This document shows positions 9,620 to 19,696 of a stretch of 64,000 bases of DNA, in pieces; within the stretch, counting starts at the first letter, position 1, and every line of letters begins with the position of its first letter. The translations under genes and the position numbers were made by a program. The notes under the pieces are model-generated. The model made no database searches. It was not told where the DNA came from and saw nothing but the letters and a program-made list of their open reading frames with translations. This stretch comes from an uncultured Actinomycetota bacterium (GTDB lineage Bacteria > Actinomycetota > Actinomycetes > JAHEKZ01), in contig CAVQYR010000001.1 of NCBI GenBank assembly GCA_963718235.1, positions 544,001-608,000 of the forward strand, given 5' to 3'.

Positions 9620-10479
9620 CCGTCGTTGCCCGCACCCGGGCGGAGCTCGCAGAGCTGCGGTCGGAGGTGACCGCCAAGGGCACTCGTGGTCCAGTCGCCG
9701 TCGTGATGACGATGGGCGCCCTGCACGCGGGGCACGTCGAGCTGATCCGGGAGGCACGCGGTCGCGCCGAGGTCGTACTGGTCACGGAGTTCCTGAACCC
9801 CCTGCAGTTCGCCCCTGGTGAGGACCTGTCCAAGTACCCGCGGACCTTCGACACCGACCTCGAGCTCTGCCGGGCCGAGGGGGTCGACCTGGTCTTCGCG
9901 CCGAGCGCCGACGTCGTCTACCCCTCCGGTGAGCCGATGGTCACGCTGTCGGCTGGACCGGTCGGTGACGTGCTGGAGGGGCACAGTCGGCCCGGTCACT
10001 TCGACGGCGTGCTCACCGTCGTGGCCAAGCTGCTGCACCTCACGGCTCCCGACCTCGCCTACTTCGGCCGCAAGGACGCCCAGCAGCTGTGGCTCATCTC
10101 GCGGATGGTCGACGACCTGGACTTCGACGTCGAGATCGTGCCCGTGCCGACGGTGCGCGACGCGACCGGGCTGGCGCTGTCCAGCCGAAACACCTACCTG
10201 AGCGGGCCCGACCGGGAGGCTGCCCGGGCCCTGTCTCGCGCCCTCGAGGCGGCTGTCGCTGCGGCGCGGGATGCGACGCCCGACGCCGTCGTCTCGGCCG
10301 CGTCGGCCGTCCTGTCGGGCACCGAAGGGGTCGTCACCGACTACGTCGCCCTGGTCGACCCGGCCACGTTCACGCCGGTGGCGAGGGACTTCGTCGGCGA
10401 GGGGCTCGTGCTGGTCGCGGCGGGCGTCGGCCCGACCCGGCTGATCGACAACGCCACCGTCCACCTGGGGAGAGGCTGA
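9616..10479 (+). CDS. panC: Pantoate--beta-alanine ligase
   Basis: TMGALHAGH, NPLQF, RPGHFDGV, FGRKDAQQ, LALSSRN, RLIDN. Confidence 0.96.
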   Translation: MTVVARTRAELAELRSEVTAKGTRGPVAVVMTMGALHAGHVELIREARGRAEVVLVTEFLNPLQFAPGEDLSKYPRTFDTDLELCRAEGVDLVFAPSADVVYPSGEPMVTLSAGPVGDVLEGHSRPGHFDGVLTVVAKLLHLTAPDLAYFGRKDAQQLWLISRMVDDLDFDVEIVPVPTVRDATGLALSSRNTYLSGPDREAARALSRALEAAVAAARDATPDAVVSAASAVLSGTEGVVTDYVALVDPATFTPVARDFVGEGLVLVAAGVGPTRLIDNATVHLGRG

Positions 10480-10482
10480 CCC

Positions 10483-11244
10483 GTGCTGCTGGCGATCGAC
10501 GTGGGCAACACCCACACGGTGCTCGGACTGTTCGACGGCGAGCGCCTGGAGCAGTCCTGGCGGGTCAAGACCGACGCCCGGTCGACTGCCGACGAGATGG
10601 TGCTGACCTACCGGGGACTGCTGCAGGACGAGCCGCCGATCACCGCGATCGCCGTGTGCTCGACGGTGCCGGCTGTTCTTCGGGAGATGCGGGCCATGCT
10701 GCAGCGCTACTACCCGCACCTGCCCACGCTCGTCGTCGAGCCCGGCATCCGCACCGGAGTCCCGATCCTGACCGACAACCCCAAGGAGGTCGGCAGCGAC
10801 CGGATCGTCAACACGCTGGCCGCCCACGAGCTCTTCGGCGGTCCCTGCATCGTGGTCGACTTCGGTACGTCGACCAACCTCGACGTGGTGAGCGACAAGG
10901 GTGAGTTCCTCGGTGGTGCGCTGGCCCCGGGGATCGAGATCTCCCTCGATGCCCTCGCCCAACGCGCGGCGCAGCTGCGCAAGGTCGAGCTGGTGGCGCC
11001 GCGCTCAGTGGTGGGCAAGAACACGGTCGAGGCCCTGCAGTCGGGCGCGCTGTACGGCTTCGCGGGCCAGGTCGACGGCCTGGTCCGCCGGATCACCGCT
11101 GAGCTCGGCGGCTCGGTGACCGCCGTGGTCGCGACTGGCGGACTGGCGCCCATCGTGATCGGCGAGACGGAGACGGTCACCCACCACGAGCCCAACCTCA
11201 CCCTGATCGGGCTGCGGCTGGTGTTCGAGCGCAACCGTCCGTGA
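10483..11244 (+). CDS. coaX: Type III pantothenate kinase
   Basis: LAIDVGNT, EVGSDR, VVDFGTST, ATGG, LTLIGL. Confidence 0.95.
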   Translation: MLLAIDVGNTHTVLGLFDGERLEQSWRVKTDARSTADEMVLTYRGLLQDEPPITAIAVCSTVPAVLREMRAMLQRYYPHLPTLVVEPGIRTGVPILTDNPKEVGSDRIVNTLAAHELFGGPCIVVDFGTSTNLDVVSDKGEFLGGALAPGIEISLDALAQRAAQLRKVELVAPRSVVGKNTVEALQSGALYGFAGQVDGLVRRITAELGGSVTAVVATGGLAPIVIGETETVTHHEPNLTLIGLRLVFERNRP

Positions 11245-11245
11245 C

Positions 11246-12013
11246 TCAGGCCTTCGTGGCGCGGTAGACCGTCGTCACGTACGGCAGGGCGAAAGACGCT
11301 TTCCCGGCCAACGAGGCATGCACGGCCGCCAGGTCGCGGACCTGCTGCAGGATCTCGTCGCGGTGGGGGCTGAGTGCCACATAGCTGTACGTGCCGACGA
11401 GCCGCTCGAGCGACGCGGCGTCGAGGGGCTGCTGGTAGGAGAAGTCGCCCCGTTCGGCCAGCTCGAACCACGGTTCGATCCGTGGGACACCCTCGTCCCT
11501 GCTGCCGGAGCGGGCGTCGACCCGTCCGACGATCCGGGAGAGCTGCTCGACCCACTCGACGTCGTCGTCCCTGACGTTCCACACGATCACCAGGGCGCCG
11601 CCAGGACGCAGCACGCGCGCGATCTCGGGCAGCGCCGTGTCGAGCTCGAACCAGTGGAACGCCTGCGCCACCACGACGGCATCGAGGGAGCCGTCGTCCA
11701 CCGGGATCGCCTCGGCTGAGCCCTCCAGCGCCTGGATCCGGCCACCGAGCCGGGCCACCAGCTGGTCGCGCATGCCCTCGTCCGGCTCGACCGCGACGAC
11801 GTCGTGTCCGCAGTCGAGCAGGACCTCCGACATCAGCCCGGTTCCGGCTCCGAGGTCGACGACACGACGCGGGGCGGCTCCGAGTGCCCAGGTGACGGCG
11901 TCCTGCGGGTAGCTCGGCCGGAACCGGTCGTACTCGACGGCCTGCTCGCCGAACGAGAGCCGTCGGTCCTCGGGGTCGACGAGGTTGGCTGGGTCGTGCT
12001 CATCGAGAGACAT
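11246..12013 (-). CDS. Class I SAM-dependent methyltransferase
   Basis: YDRFRPSYP, VVDLGAGTG, AVEPD, AQAFHWF, RVLRPGG; ATG 12013. Confidence 0.88.
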   Translation of the reverse strand: MSLDEHDPANLVDPEDRRLSFGEQAVEYDRFRPSYPQDAVTWALGAAPRRVVDLGAGTGLMSEVLLDCGHDVVAVEPDEGMRDQLVARLGGRIQALEGSAEAIPVDDGSLDAVVVAQAFHWFELDTALPEIARVLRPGGALVIVWNVRDDDVEWVEQLSRIVGRVDARSGSRDEGVPRIEPWFELAERGDFSYQQPLDAASLERLVGTYSYVALSPHRDEILQQVRDLAAVHASLAGKASFALPYVTTVYRATKA

Positions 12014-12057
12014 ACTCAGATGCTGGCACGACGACCGGGTCGATAGCCTTGCCGACC

Positions 12058-13569
12058 ATGGCTCCCCATGTGCAACCGACATCCGACGACCTGCCGGAGC
12101 AGATTCGGGTGCGCCGGGAGAAGCTGGACCGGATCCGCGGTGAGGGGCGTGACGCGTTCGCGTTCGAGTACCCGCGCACGACCACGATTGCGGCGCTGCG
12201 AGCGAGCTACCCCTCGCTCGCGCCCGACACGGCCACCGGGGACCGGGTCGGCATTGCCGGCCGGGTGATGCTCAACCGGGTCAGCGGCAAGATCGCCTTC
12301 GCGACCCTGCGTGAGGGAGACGCCGACGTCCAGGTGATGCTCACCCTCGACGTGAGCGGCGAGCAGGCCCTGCAGCAGTGGAAGTCAGACGTCGACCTCG
12401 GCGACCACGTCGGGGTCACCGGGGAGGTCATCTCGAGTCGTCGGGGTGAGCTGAGCGTGCTGGCCGACTCGTTCACGATCACGAGCAAGTGCCTGCGACC
12501 GCTGCCCGACAAGCACAAGGGGCTCAGCGACCCCGAGCAGCGCGTGCGTCAGCGCTACGTCGACCTCATCGTGCGCCCCGAGGCCCGCGACGTGCTGAGG
12601 CTGCGCTCGCAGGTCGTGCGCAGCCTGCGCGACTCGCTCCAGGAGCGCGGGTTCCTCGAGGTCGAGACGCCGATGCTGCAGGTCATGCACGGCGGCGCCA
12701 ACGCGCGACCGTTCGTCACGCACATCAACGCGTACGACATCCCCCTGTACCTGCGGATCGCGCCGGAGCTGTACCTCAAGCGGCTCATCGTCGGTGGGGT
12801 CGAGCGGGTCTTCGAGATCAACCGGAACTTCCGCAACGAGGGCGCTGACTCCTCGCACAACCCCGAGTTCACGATGATGGAGATGTACGAGGCGTACGGC
12901 GACTACGACACGATGCGCCTGCTCACCCAGCACCTGGTCCAGGAGGCGGCCACCGCCGTCTTCGGCGCACCGGTCGCTCGGCGGGTGCAGGACGACGGCA
13001 CGATCGAGGAGTTCGACCTGTCCGGTGAGTGGCCGGTCAAGACGATGATCGGCGCCCTGTCCGAGGCGTTGGGCGAGGAGGTCGGGCTGGACACCCCTCG
13101 GGAGGTGCTGCAGGCCCACGCCGCAAGGCTCGGGGTGGACGAGCCACCCGACGCGAGTGTGGGCATGCTCCTGGAGGAGCTGTACGTCGTCCTGGTGGAG
13201 TCGGTCACGACCACGCCGGTGTTCTACAAGGACTTCCCCAAGGAGAACGCGCCGCTGACCCGGGTCCACCGAAGCGACCCCAGGCTGACCGAGAAGTGGG
13301 ACCTCGTCGGCTGGGGGGCCGAGATGGGCACCGGCTACTCCGAGCTGATCGACCCGATCGACCAGCGGGAGCGGTTCGTCCAGCAGGCCGAGCGAGGCGA
13401 CCGGGGCGACCTCGAGGCCATGCGCCTCGACGAGGACTTCCTGCGGGCGCTGGAGTACGGCATGCCCCCGACCGGAGGACAGGGCATGGGGATCGACCGG
13501 CTGGTCATGACGCTGACCGGCCTCGGCGTCCGCGACACGATCCTGTTCCCCCTCGTGAAGCCCGAGTAG
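12058..13569 (+). CDS. lysS: Lysine--tRNA ligase (class II)
   Basis: RQRYVDL, YLRIAPELYLKR, FRNEG, HNPEFTM, YGMPPTGG, GIDRL. Confidence 0.97.
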   Translation: MAPHVQPTSDDLPEQIRVRREKLDRIRGEGRDAFAFEYPRTTTIAALRASYPSLAPDTATGDRVGIAGRVMLNRVSGKIAFATLREGDADVQVMLTLDVSGEQALQQWKSDVDLGDHVGVTGEVISSRRGELSVLADSFTITSKCLRPLPDKHKGLSDPEQRVRQRYVDLIVRPEARDVLRLRSQVVRSLRDSLQERGFLEVETPMLQVMHGGANARPFVTHINAYDIPLYLRIAPELYLKRLIVGGVERVFEINRNFRNEGADSSHNPEFTMMEMYEAYGDYDTMRLLTQHLVQEAATAVFGAPVARRVQDDGTIEEFDLSGEWPVKTMIGALSEALGEEVGLDTPREVLQAHAARLGVDEPPDASVGMLLEELYVVLVESVTTTPVFYKDFPKENAPLTRVHRSDPRLTEKWDLVGWGAEMGTGYSELIDPIDQRERFVQQAERGDRGDLEAMRLDEDFLRALEYGMPPTGGQGMGIDRLVMTLTGLGVRDTILFPLVKPE

Positions 13570-13574
13570 TCGGG

Positions 13575-14117
13575 GTGACTGCCGTGCCCGACGTCGGTGC
13601 CTTCGTCGTCCGCGATGCGAGGACCTCCGACGTGGCCTCGATCCGCGGCCTGATCGACACCTACGCGCCAGACCGGATCCTGCTGAGCAAGGCCACGGTC
13701 ACCCTGTTCGAGGACGTGCAGGAGTTCTTCGTCGCCGAGCAGGACGGGCAGGTCGTCGGCTGCGGGGCGTTGCACGTGCTGTGGGAGGACCTCGCCGAGG
13801 TGCGCACCCTCGCCGTGGCCCCACCGGTGCGAGGGCACGGGATCGGGCACCGGCTGCTGGAGCGCCTGCTGGACCAGGCGCGTCACCTGGGGGTCGCCCG
13901 GGTCTTCACCCTGACCTTCGAGGTCGACTTCTTCACCCGGCACGGCTTCCACGAGATCGAGGGGACGCCGGTGGACCACGACGTGTTCGAGCAGCTGCTG
14001 GAGTCCTACGACGAGGGTGTGGCCGAGTTCCTCGGGCTGGAGCGGGTCAAGCCGAACACTCTGGGCAACGCCCGGATGCTGCTCGTCCTCGACCCACCCC
14101 CACCCCCCTCAAGTTGA
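13575..14117 (+). CDS. Short GNAT amino-acid N-acetyltransferase (Rv2747/ArgA-like)
   Basis: LFEDVQEF, GCGALHVLWEDLAEVRTLAV, FTLTFEVDFF, SYDEGVAEFL, VKPNTLGN. Confidence 0.85.
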   Translation: MTAVPDVGAFVVRDARTSDVASIRGLIDTYAPDRILLSKATVTLFEDVQEFFVAEQDGQVVGCGALHVLWEDLAEVRTLAVAPPVRGHGIGHRLLERLLDQARHLGVARVFTLTFEVDFFTRHGFHEIEGTPVDHDVFEQLLESYDEGVAEFLGLERVKPNTLGNARMLLVLDPPPPPSS

Positions 14118-14177
14118 CCTTGCACATGATCTGCCAGATCGACGGTCCTGGGCCGCATCTTCTGCATGATCAACTTC
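14110..14177. repeat. 68-bp palindromic intergenic element, copy 2
   Basis: AAGTTGACCTTGCA / TGCATGATCAACTT (2 mismatches); shares GGGCCGCATCTTCTGCA.GATCAACTT with copy 1; same length. Confidence 0.8.
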
Positions 14178-14233
14178 GGAAGAGGGGGTGGGTGGCCCAG
14201 GGGGGCAGGGGCGGGTGGTGCTGGGGTGCTGGG

Positions 14234-14710
14234 TCAGGTGGTCCAGGTGATGATGCGCTTCTCGTAGAAGCGCAGGTCGTCGGGCGCCTCGTCCTCCGGC
14301 TCCACCCGCATGTAGCCGCTGGTCTCGTAGAGCAGGATCGCCTCGGTGAGGCCCTCGTAGGCCTCGAGCTTGATGGTCTCGAACCCGGCGACGGCGGCAG
14401 CGCCCTCCAGCGCGGACAGCAGACGGCGCCCGATGCCGGTGCCACGGAGCACGGGGTCGACCCACATCCGGCGGATCTGGCCGACCCCCGGCTCGATCTC
14501 CTGGAGAGCTCCGCAGCCGACCACGATGTTGCGGTCGTTGAAGGCCACCAGGAAGAAGCCGTTGTCGACGTAGCCCTCGTTCTCGTCGGCCGGGTCCGCG
14601 GTCAAGGCATTGGCGTCGACCCGCTCGACCATCTCGTGCAGGAACGCGCTCACCGCGTGCAGGGCGCGGGGGTCGAGGGGGTCCAGGGCCTCGATGCGGA
14701 CGGAGGTCAT
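14234..14710 (-). CDS. GNAT N-acetyltransferase
   Basis: VGCGAL, IRRMWVDPVLRGTGIGRRLL, AILLYETSGY. Confidence 0.85.
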   Translation of the reverse strand: MTSVRIEALDPLDPRALHAVSAFLHEMVERVDANALTADPADENEGYVDNGFFLVAFNDRNIVVGCGALQEIEPGVGQIRRMWVDPVLRGTGIGRRLLSALEGAAAVAGFETIKLEAYEGLTEAILLYETSGYMRVEPEDEAPDDLRFYEKRIITWTT

Positions 14711-14907
14711 GAGGTCACCTTATGGGCCACCGCCCTCTTCGTGGGTGAGGTGGGGCGCGCGAACCCGCTGTGGCCCCCGACCGGGCCCCGGACAACGGCG
14801 TTCGCCGAAAGCACGTGCCCCCGCTATTCTTCGGCCGAATTGTCTCCTGGGTTTCTCTCAGGATTTCACTGCAGAACTCATTTCCCTTTTCGACAAAGGA
14901 ACTTCTG

Positions 14908-15230
14908 ATGGCCCAAAAGGTGCAGGTCGTGCTCGTCGACGACGTCGACGGCGGCCCGGCCGACGAGACCGTGCAGTTCGCCCTCGACGGGGTCGGCTAC
15001 GAGATCGACCTGTCCGCGGCCAACGCCACCCGGATGCGCGAGGTGCTGGCTCCCTACGTCGGCCACGCCCGCAAGGCGGCCCGCTCGGGGCGCCGGACGG
15101 CCCGAGCCCCCGCGCCGGCCAGGGTCGCAGCGCAGAGATCCGCGCGTGGGCGCGAGCCCAGGGCATCGCCGTCAACGAGCGGGGGCGGATTCCCGCCGAC
15201 CTCGCGGCACGTTTCGACGCCGCACACTGA
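14908..15230 (+). pseudogene. lsr2: Nucleoid-associated protein Lsr2, split by a one-base frameshift (real or assembly error)
   Basis: MAQKVQVVLVDDVDG...FALDGVGYEIDLS in one frame; EIRAWARAQGIAVNERGRIP in another; span 323 nt; AAAGGA RBS; lysS-lsr2-clpC synteny. Confidence 0.88.
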
Positions 15231-15485
15231 CGCCGCACCCGCGGTCGGACGGCGGGGCACCGGGCGCATCTGGGGCCGGTTCGCTGTTGGCGTAGCGACC
15301 AGCGCCGTCGCGCGGAACAGCAGGTGCCAGCGTGCTCGTTGGGCTCAACAGCACGGACCGCCCTGCCGAGGCATCCTGCAGGAGCGTTTGGCGATAGGAG
15401 CCGACCGCCCCTCCGGGGCTAACATGCCGAACAGGGCGCATGACGCCTCGAGGTCTCGTGCACCTGGTGAGGAGCGGCAGCGGAC

Positions 15486-17990
15486 ATGTTCGAACGGTTT
15501 ACCGACCGAGCCCGGCGGGTGGTCGTGCTGGCCCAGGAAGAGGCCCGCATGCTCAACCACAACTACATCGGCACCGAGCACATCCTGCTCGGGCTGATCC
15601 ACGAGGGCGAGGGCGTCGCCGCCAAGGCGCTGGAGAGCCTCGGCATCTCGCTGGAGGCCGTGCGCCAGCAGGTCGAGGAGATCATCGGGCAGGGCCAGCA
15701 GGCGCCGTCCGGGCACATCCCGTTCACCCCGCGCGCCAAGAAGGTGCTCGAGCTCAGCCTGCGCGAGGCGCTGCAGCTCGGCCACAACTACATCGGCACC
15801 GAGCACATCCTGCTCGGCCTCATCCGCGAGGGTGAGGGTGTCGCCGCCCAGGTGCTCGTCAAGCTCGGCGCCGACCTGAACCGGGTCCGCCAGCAGGTCA
15901 TCCAGCTGCTGTCCGGCTACCAGGGCAAGGAGCCCGCGGGCGCCGGAGGTCCCGCCGGTGAAGCCGCTCCGTCCAGCTCGCTCGTGCTCGACCAGTTCGG
16001 CAGCAACCTGACCCAGGCAGCCCGTGAGGGCAAGCTCGACCCGGTCATCGGTCGCGAGAAGGAGATCGAGCGGGTCATGCAGGTGCTGTCCCGGCGCACC
16101 AAGAACAACCCCGTGCTGATCGGGGAGCCGGGTGTGGGCAAGACCGCCGTCGTCGCGGGTCTGGCCCAGGCGATCGTCAAGGGTCAGGTTCCGGACACTC
16201 TCGAGAACAAGCAGGTCTACACCCTCGACCTCGGGGCGCTCGTCGCCGGAAGCCGCTACCGCGGCGACTTCGAGGAGCGGCTGAAGAAGGTCCTCAAGGA
16301 GATCCGCACCCGGGGCGACATCATCTTGTTCATCGACGAGATGCACACCCTGGTCGGTGCGGGCGCCGCCGAAGGCGCAATCGACGCTGCCAGCATCCTC
16401 AAGCCGATGCTCGCCCGCGGTGAGCTGCAGACCATCGGTGCCACCACCCTCGACGAGTACCGCAAGTACGTCGAGAAGGACGCCGCGCTCGAGCGCCGCT
16501 TCGCTCCGGTCCTGGTGCACGCACCCGACGTCGAGATGACCGTCGAGATCCTGCTCGGGCTGCGTGACCGCTACGCCGCCCACCACCGGGTGAACATCAC
16601 CGACGAGGCGATCAAGGCGGCGGCACGGCTCTCCGACCGCTACGTGGCAGACCGGCAGCTCCCCGACAAGGCCATCGACCTCATCGACGAGGCCGGCTCG
16701 CGGCTGCGGATCCGCAGCATGACCGCGCCGCCCGACCTGCGCGAGTACGACGACCGGATCGCCGTGGTCCGCCGCGACAAGGAGTCGGCGATCGACGCGC
16801 AGGACTTCGAGAAGGCCGCTGCGCTGCGCGACACCGAGAAGCAGCTGCTGGGTGAGCGCAGCCAGCGCGAGCGGGAGTGGAAGTCCGGGGGCATGGAGGC
16901 CATGCCCGACGTCGACGAGAAGCTGATCGCCGAGGTCGTCGCCCTGATGACCGGCATCCCGGTGGCCGACCTCTCCGAGGACGACGCCCAGCGGCTGCTG
17001 CGCATGGAGGGCGAGCTGCACAAGCGGGTCATCGGCCAGGAGCAGGCGATCAAGGCGCTGTCCAAGGCCATCCGCCGCACCCGGGCCGGGCTGAAGGACC
17101 CCAAGCGCCCGTCCGGCTCGTTCATCTTCGCCGGGCCGTCAGGCGTCGGAAAGACCGAGCTGAGCAAGACGCTGGCCGAGTTCCTGTTCGGCGACGAGGA
17201 CGCTCTGATCGCGCTCGACATGTCGGAGTTCCAGGAGAAGCACACGGCCTCCCGGCTGTTCGGCTCGCCCCCTGGGTACGTCGGCTACGAGGAGGGCGGA
17301 CAGCTCACCGAGAAGGTGCGGCGTCGTCCGTTCTCCGTGGTGCTCTTCGACGAGGTCGAGAAGGCCCACCCGGACATCTTCAACTCGTTGCTGCAGGTGC
17401 TCGAGGAGGGCCGGCTCACCGACGCGCAGGGTCGTTCGGTCGACTTCAAGAACACCGTCATCATCATGACGACCAACCTCGGCAGCCGCGACGTGTCGAA
17501 GGGTGTGAACCTCGGCTTCGCCATGTCGGGCGACTCCACCGGCGACTACGAGCGGATGAAGAACAAGGTCCAGCAGGAGCTCAAGCAGCACTTCCGGCCG
17601 GAGTTCCTGAACCGGATCGACGACGTCATCGTGTTCCACCAGCTGAGCGAGCTGGAGATCGTGTCGATCGTCGACCTCATGCTGGACAAGCTCGACGAGC
17701 GGCTCAAGGAGCGCGACATGGGCATCGAGCTCACCGCGTCGGCCAAGGCGCTGCTCGCCAAGCGCGGCTACGACCCCTCCCTGGGTGCCCGGCCACTGCG
17801 ACGCACGCTGCAGCGGGAGATCGAGGACTCGCTGAGCGAGAAGATCCTGTTCGGTGAGCTGCAGAACGGGCAGATCGTCGTGGTCGACGTCGAAGGCGAA
17901 GGCGAAGAGGCGCAGTTCACGTTCACGGGGGCGGAGAAGTCCGTGGCGCCTGACGTCCCCCCGGTCGAGACCGCAGAGACGGCCGAGTAG
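15486..17990 (+). CDS. clpC: ATP-dependent Clp protease ATP-binding subunit ClpC1
   Basis: [21 protein letters not shown]; two Walker A motifs GEPGVGKT and GPSGVGKT; PPGYVGY. Confidence 0.98.
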   Translation: MFERFTDRARRVVVLAQEEARMLNHNYIGTEHILLGLIHEGEGVAAKALESLGISLEAVRQQVEEIIGQGQQAPSGHIPFTPRAKKVLELSLREALQLGHNYIGTEHILLGLIREGEGVAAQVLVKLGADLNRVRQQVIQLLSGYQGKEPAGAGGPAGEAAPSSSLVLDQFGSNLTQAAREGKLDPVIGREKEIERVMQVLSRRTKNNPVLIGEPGVGKTAVVAGLAQAIVKGQVPDTLENKQVYTLDLGALVAGSRYRGDFEERLKKVLKEIRTRGDIILFIDEMHTLVGAGAAEGAIDAASILKPMLARGELQTIGATTLDEYRKYVEKDAALERRFAPVLVHAPDVEMTVEILLGLRDRYAAHHRVNITDEAIKAAARLSDRYVADRQLPDKAIDLIDEAGSRLRIRSMTAPPDLREYDDRIAVVRRDKESAIDAQDFEKAAALRDTEKQLLGERSQREREWKSGGMEAMPDVDEKLIAEVVALMTGIPVADLSEDDAQRLLRMEGELHKRVIGQEQAIKALSKAIRRTRAGLKDPKRPSGSFIFAGPSGVGKTELSKTLAEFLFGDEDALIALDMSEFQEKHTASRLFGSPPGYVGYEEGGQLTEKVRRRPFSVVLFDEVEKAHPDIFNSLLQVLEEGRLTDAQGRSVDFKNTVIIMTTNLGSRDVSKGVNLGFAMSGDSTGDYERMKNKVQQELKQHFRPEFLNRIDDVIVFHQLSELEIVSIVDLMLDKLDERLKERDMGIELTASAKALLAKRGYDPSLGARPLRRTLQREIEDSLSEKILFGELQNGQIVVVDVEGEGEEAQFTFTGAEKSVAPDVPPVETAETAE

Positions 17991-18000
17991 CCGGCCGCGC

Positions 18001-18876
18001 TCAGCCCGGGAGCCCGAAGCGGTCCTTCGACAGCACGGCGACGAGCCCGTCGGAGACCAGCCCGTCGAGGGCTCGCTCACGCTGGACGGCGTCCTCCCAG
18101 GTCGCCTCGAGGGCCGACCGCGGGACCGGCCCCGGGGCTTCGCGCAGGACAGCCAGCAGTCGCCCGCGACACTGGCGGTCGGTTCCGGCGTACGACTGCC
18201 CACGCCGGGGTGGTCCGGACCAGGCGGGCCGACCGGCCAGCAGCCAGGTGCACCACCCGGCCACTGGACAGGCGTCGCAGCCGGGAGCCCTGGCCGTGCA
18301 CACCAGTGCCCCGAGCTCCATGAAGGCGACCGACAGCTGTGGGGCCAGGCTGTCGTCCGGGAGCAGGCGCAGCGCCCGCTCACGCTCCACCCGGGTGATG
18401 GCGCCCGGCGGTTCGAACTCCTGCCCCGCGAGCACGCGGGCGTGTACCCGGCGCACGTTGGTGTCGAGCACCGCGTGCCGTTGTCCGAAGGCGAACGACG
18501 CGACCGCTGCGGCCGTGTACTCACCGACCCCGGGGAGGGCCCGCAGGGCCGCGAGGTCGTCGGGGACGTCGCCTCCGTGGCGGTCCACGCAGGCCGCCGC
18601 GGCTGCGTGCAGGCGCAGCGCCCGGCGGGGGTAGCCGAGCCGGCCCCAGAGCCGGACCGCCTCGCCGGGGGAGTCGGCGGCCAGGGCATCTGGGGTGGGC
18701 CACCGGGCGAGCCAGGTGGCGTAGACGGGGAGGACGCGGTCCACCGGCGTCTGCTGGAGCATCACCTCGCTGACCAGCACGCCCCACGGCGACACGCCGT
18801 CGCCTCGCCACGGGAGCCTGCGGGCGCGGTCCCGGTACCAGGCCAGGAGCGAGGGGGCGAGGGGGGCCTCGGACAT
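18001..18876 (-). CDS. mutY: A/G-specific adenine glycosylase
   Basis: VSEVMLQQT, LGYPRRA, LPGVGEYTA, DTNVRRV, C-X6-C-X2-C-X5-C Fe-S motif. Confidence 0.92.
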   Translation of the reverse strand: MSEAPLAPSLLAWYRDRARRLPWRGDGVSPWGVLVSEVMLQQTPVDRVLPVYATWLARWPTPDALAADSPGEAVRLWGRLGYPRRALRLHAAAAACVDRHGGDVPDDLAALRALPGVGEYTAAAVASFAFGQRHAVLDTNVRRVHARVLAGQEFEPPGAITRVERERALRLLPDDSLAPQLSVAFMELGALVCTARAPGCDACPVAGWCTWLLAGRPAWSGPPRRGQSYAGTDRQCRGRLLAVLREAPGPVPRSALEATWEDAVQRERALDGLVSDGLVAVLSKDRFGLPG

Positions 18877-18935
18877 GATCGACCGATCGTGCCACCGGGC
18901 CAGCATGGGCGCTCGCCCAGCCCTAGGCTTCGGGT

Positions 18936-19574
18936 GTGAGCACGCTGATGCGGCCGACCGGACCCCTGCCACCCGGGGTGTACTGGGTCCGGCGGGGCCT
19001 GGTCGTCCTGGTCGTCCTGGTCGTCCTGGTCGCGCTGTGGTGGGTGTTCCTGCGCTCCGACGCTGCTCCGAGCACGGCCGAGCCGACGCCCAGCATCACG
19101 CCGTCGGTCTCGTCGACCCCCTCGTCGACAGCCTCGTCGACCCCCTCGGTGAGCCCGACGGCGAGCTCGACGAGCAGCCCGGCGCAGCCGGACTGCGTCG
19201 CCAAGGCGATCGAGGTCTCGGTGACGACCGACCGGACCAGCTACCCCGAGGGCGTGCTGCCGGTCTTCTCGCTGACGGTGACCAACACCGGCGACGTCAC
19301 CTGTCGGCGTGACGTGGGGCAGCAGGCCCTGGAGCTCGTCGTCACCTCCGGTGACGTCCAGGCCTGGTCCTCCGACGACTGCAACCCGGGGGGGCCGAGT
19401 GCGGTACGGGTGTTCGGCCCCGGCGACGAGTTCGTCCAGCAGGTGACGTGGTCGCGCCAGCTCTCCGAGCCAGGGTGCCCGACCGGCGAGCCGCTGGCTG
19501 ACGCCGGTCAGTACCAGGTGGTCGCCCGCAACCTGGCCAAGCTCAGCGAGCCGGCCACCTTCACCCTCGGCTGA
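18936..19574 (+). CDS. Conserved membrane-anchored protein (TM, Ser/Thr linker, Cys-containing domain)
   Basis: GPLPPGVYWVRR, WSSDDC, GQYQVVA; typical neighbour of mutY/disA. Confidence 0.75.
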   Translation: MSTLMRPTGPLPPGVYWVRRGLVVLVVLVVLVALWWVFLRSDAAPSTAEPTPSITPSVSSTPSSTASSTPSVSPTASSTSSPAQPDCVAKAIEVSVTTDRTSYPEGVLPVFSLTVTNTGDVTCRRDVGQQALELVVTSGDVQAWSSDDCNPGGPSAVRVFGPGDEFVQQVTWSRQLSEPGCPTGEPLADAGQYQVVARNLAKLSEPATFTLG

Positions 19575-19608
19575 GGCCGACGCCCACGCTCTCCCGAGCA
19601 CCGCCCAC

Positions 19609-19638
19609 GGCTCAAGGTTCGGTCCGCGGGCGACGACA
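19609..19638 (+). promoter_or_regulatory. Putative sigma28 (FliA/WhiG)-type promoter
   Basis: GGCTCAAG-N17-CGACA upstream of cheB; same motif with N16 upstream of the CAP gene. Confidence 0.4.
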
Positions 19639-19696
19639 TCCTGGGGGAACGGCGCGGGGTGAGGGTCGCGGGGCGCCGTCCTCTGAGGAGGTCGGT

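Noticed and set aside
15080-15130. Programmed -1 ribosomal frameshift in lsr2
   Set aside because: No X-XXY-YYZ slippery heptamer was seen; a sequencing indel is the simpler explanation.
19000-19180. GTCGTCCTG x3 and Ser/Thr/Pro repeats (also the DTDTDTD tract near 50062-50083)
   Set aside because: These are in-frame low-complexity TM or linker coding sequence with no sign of a separate function.
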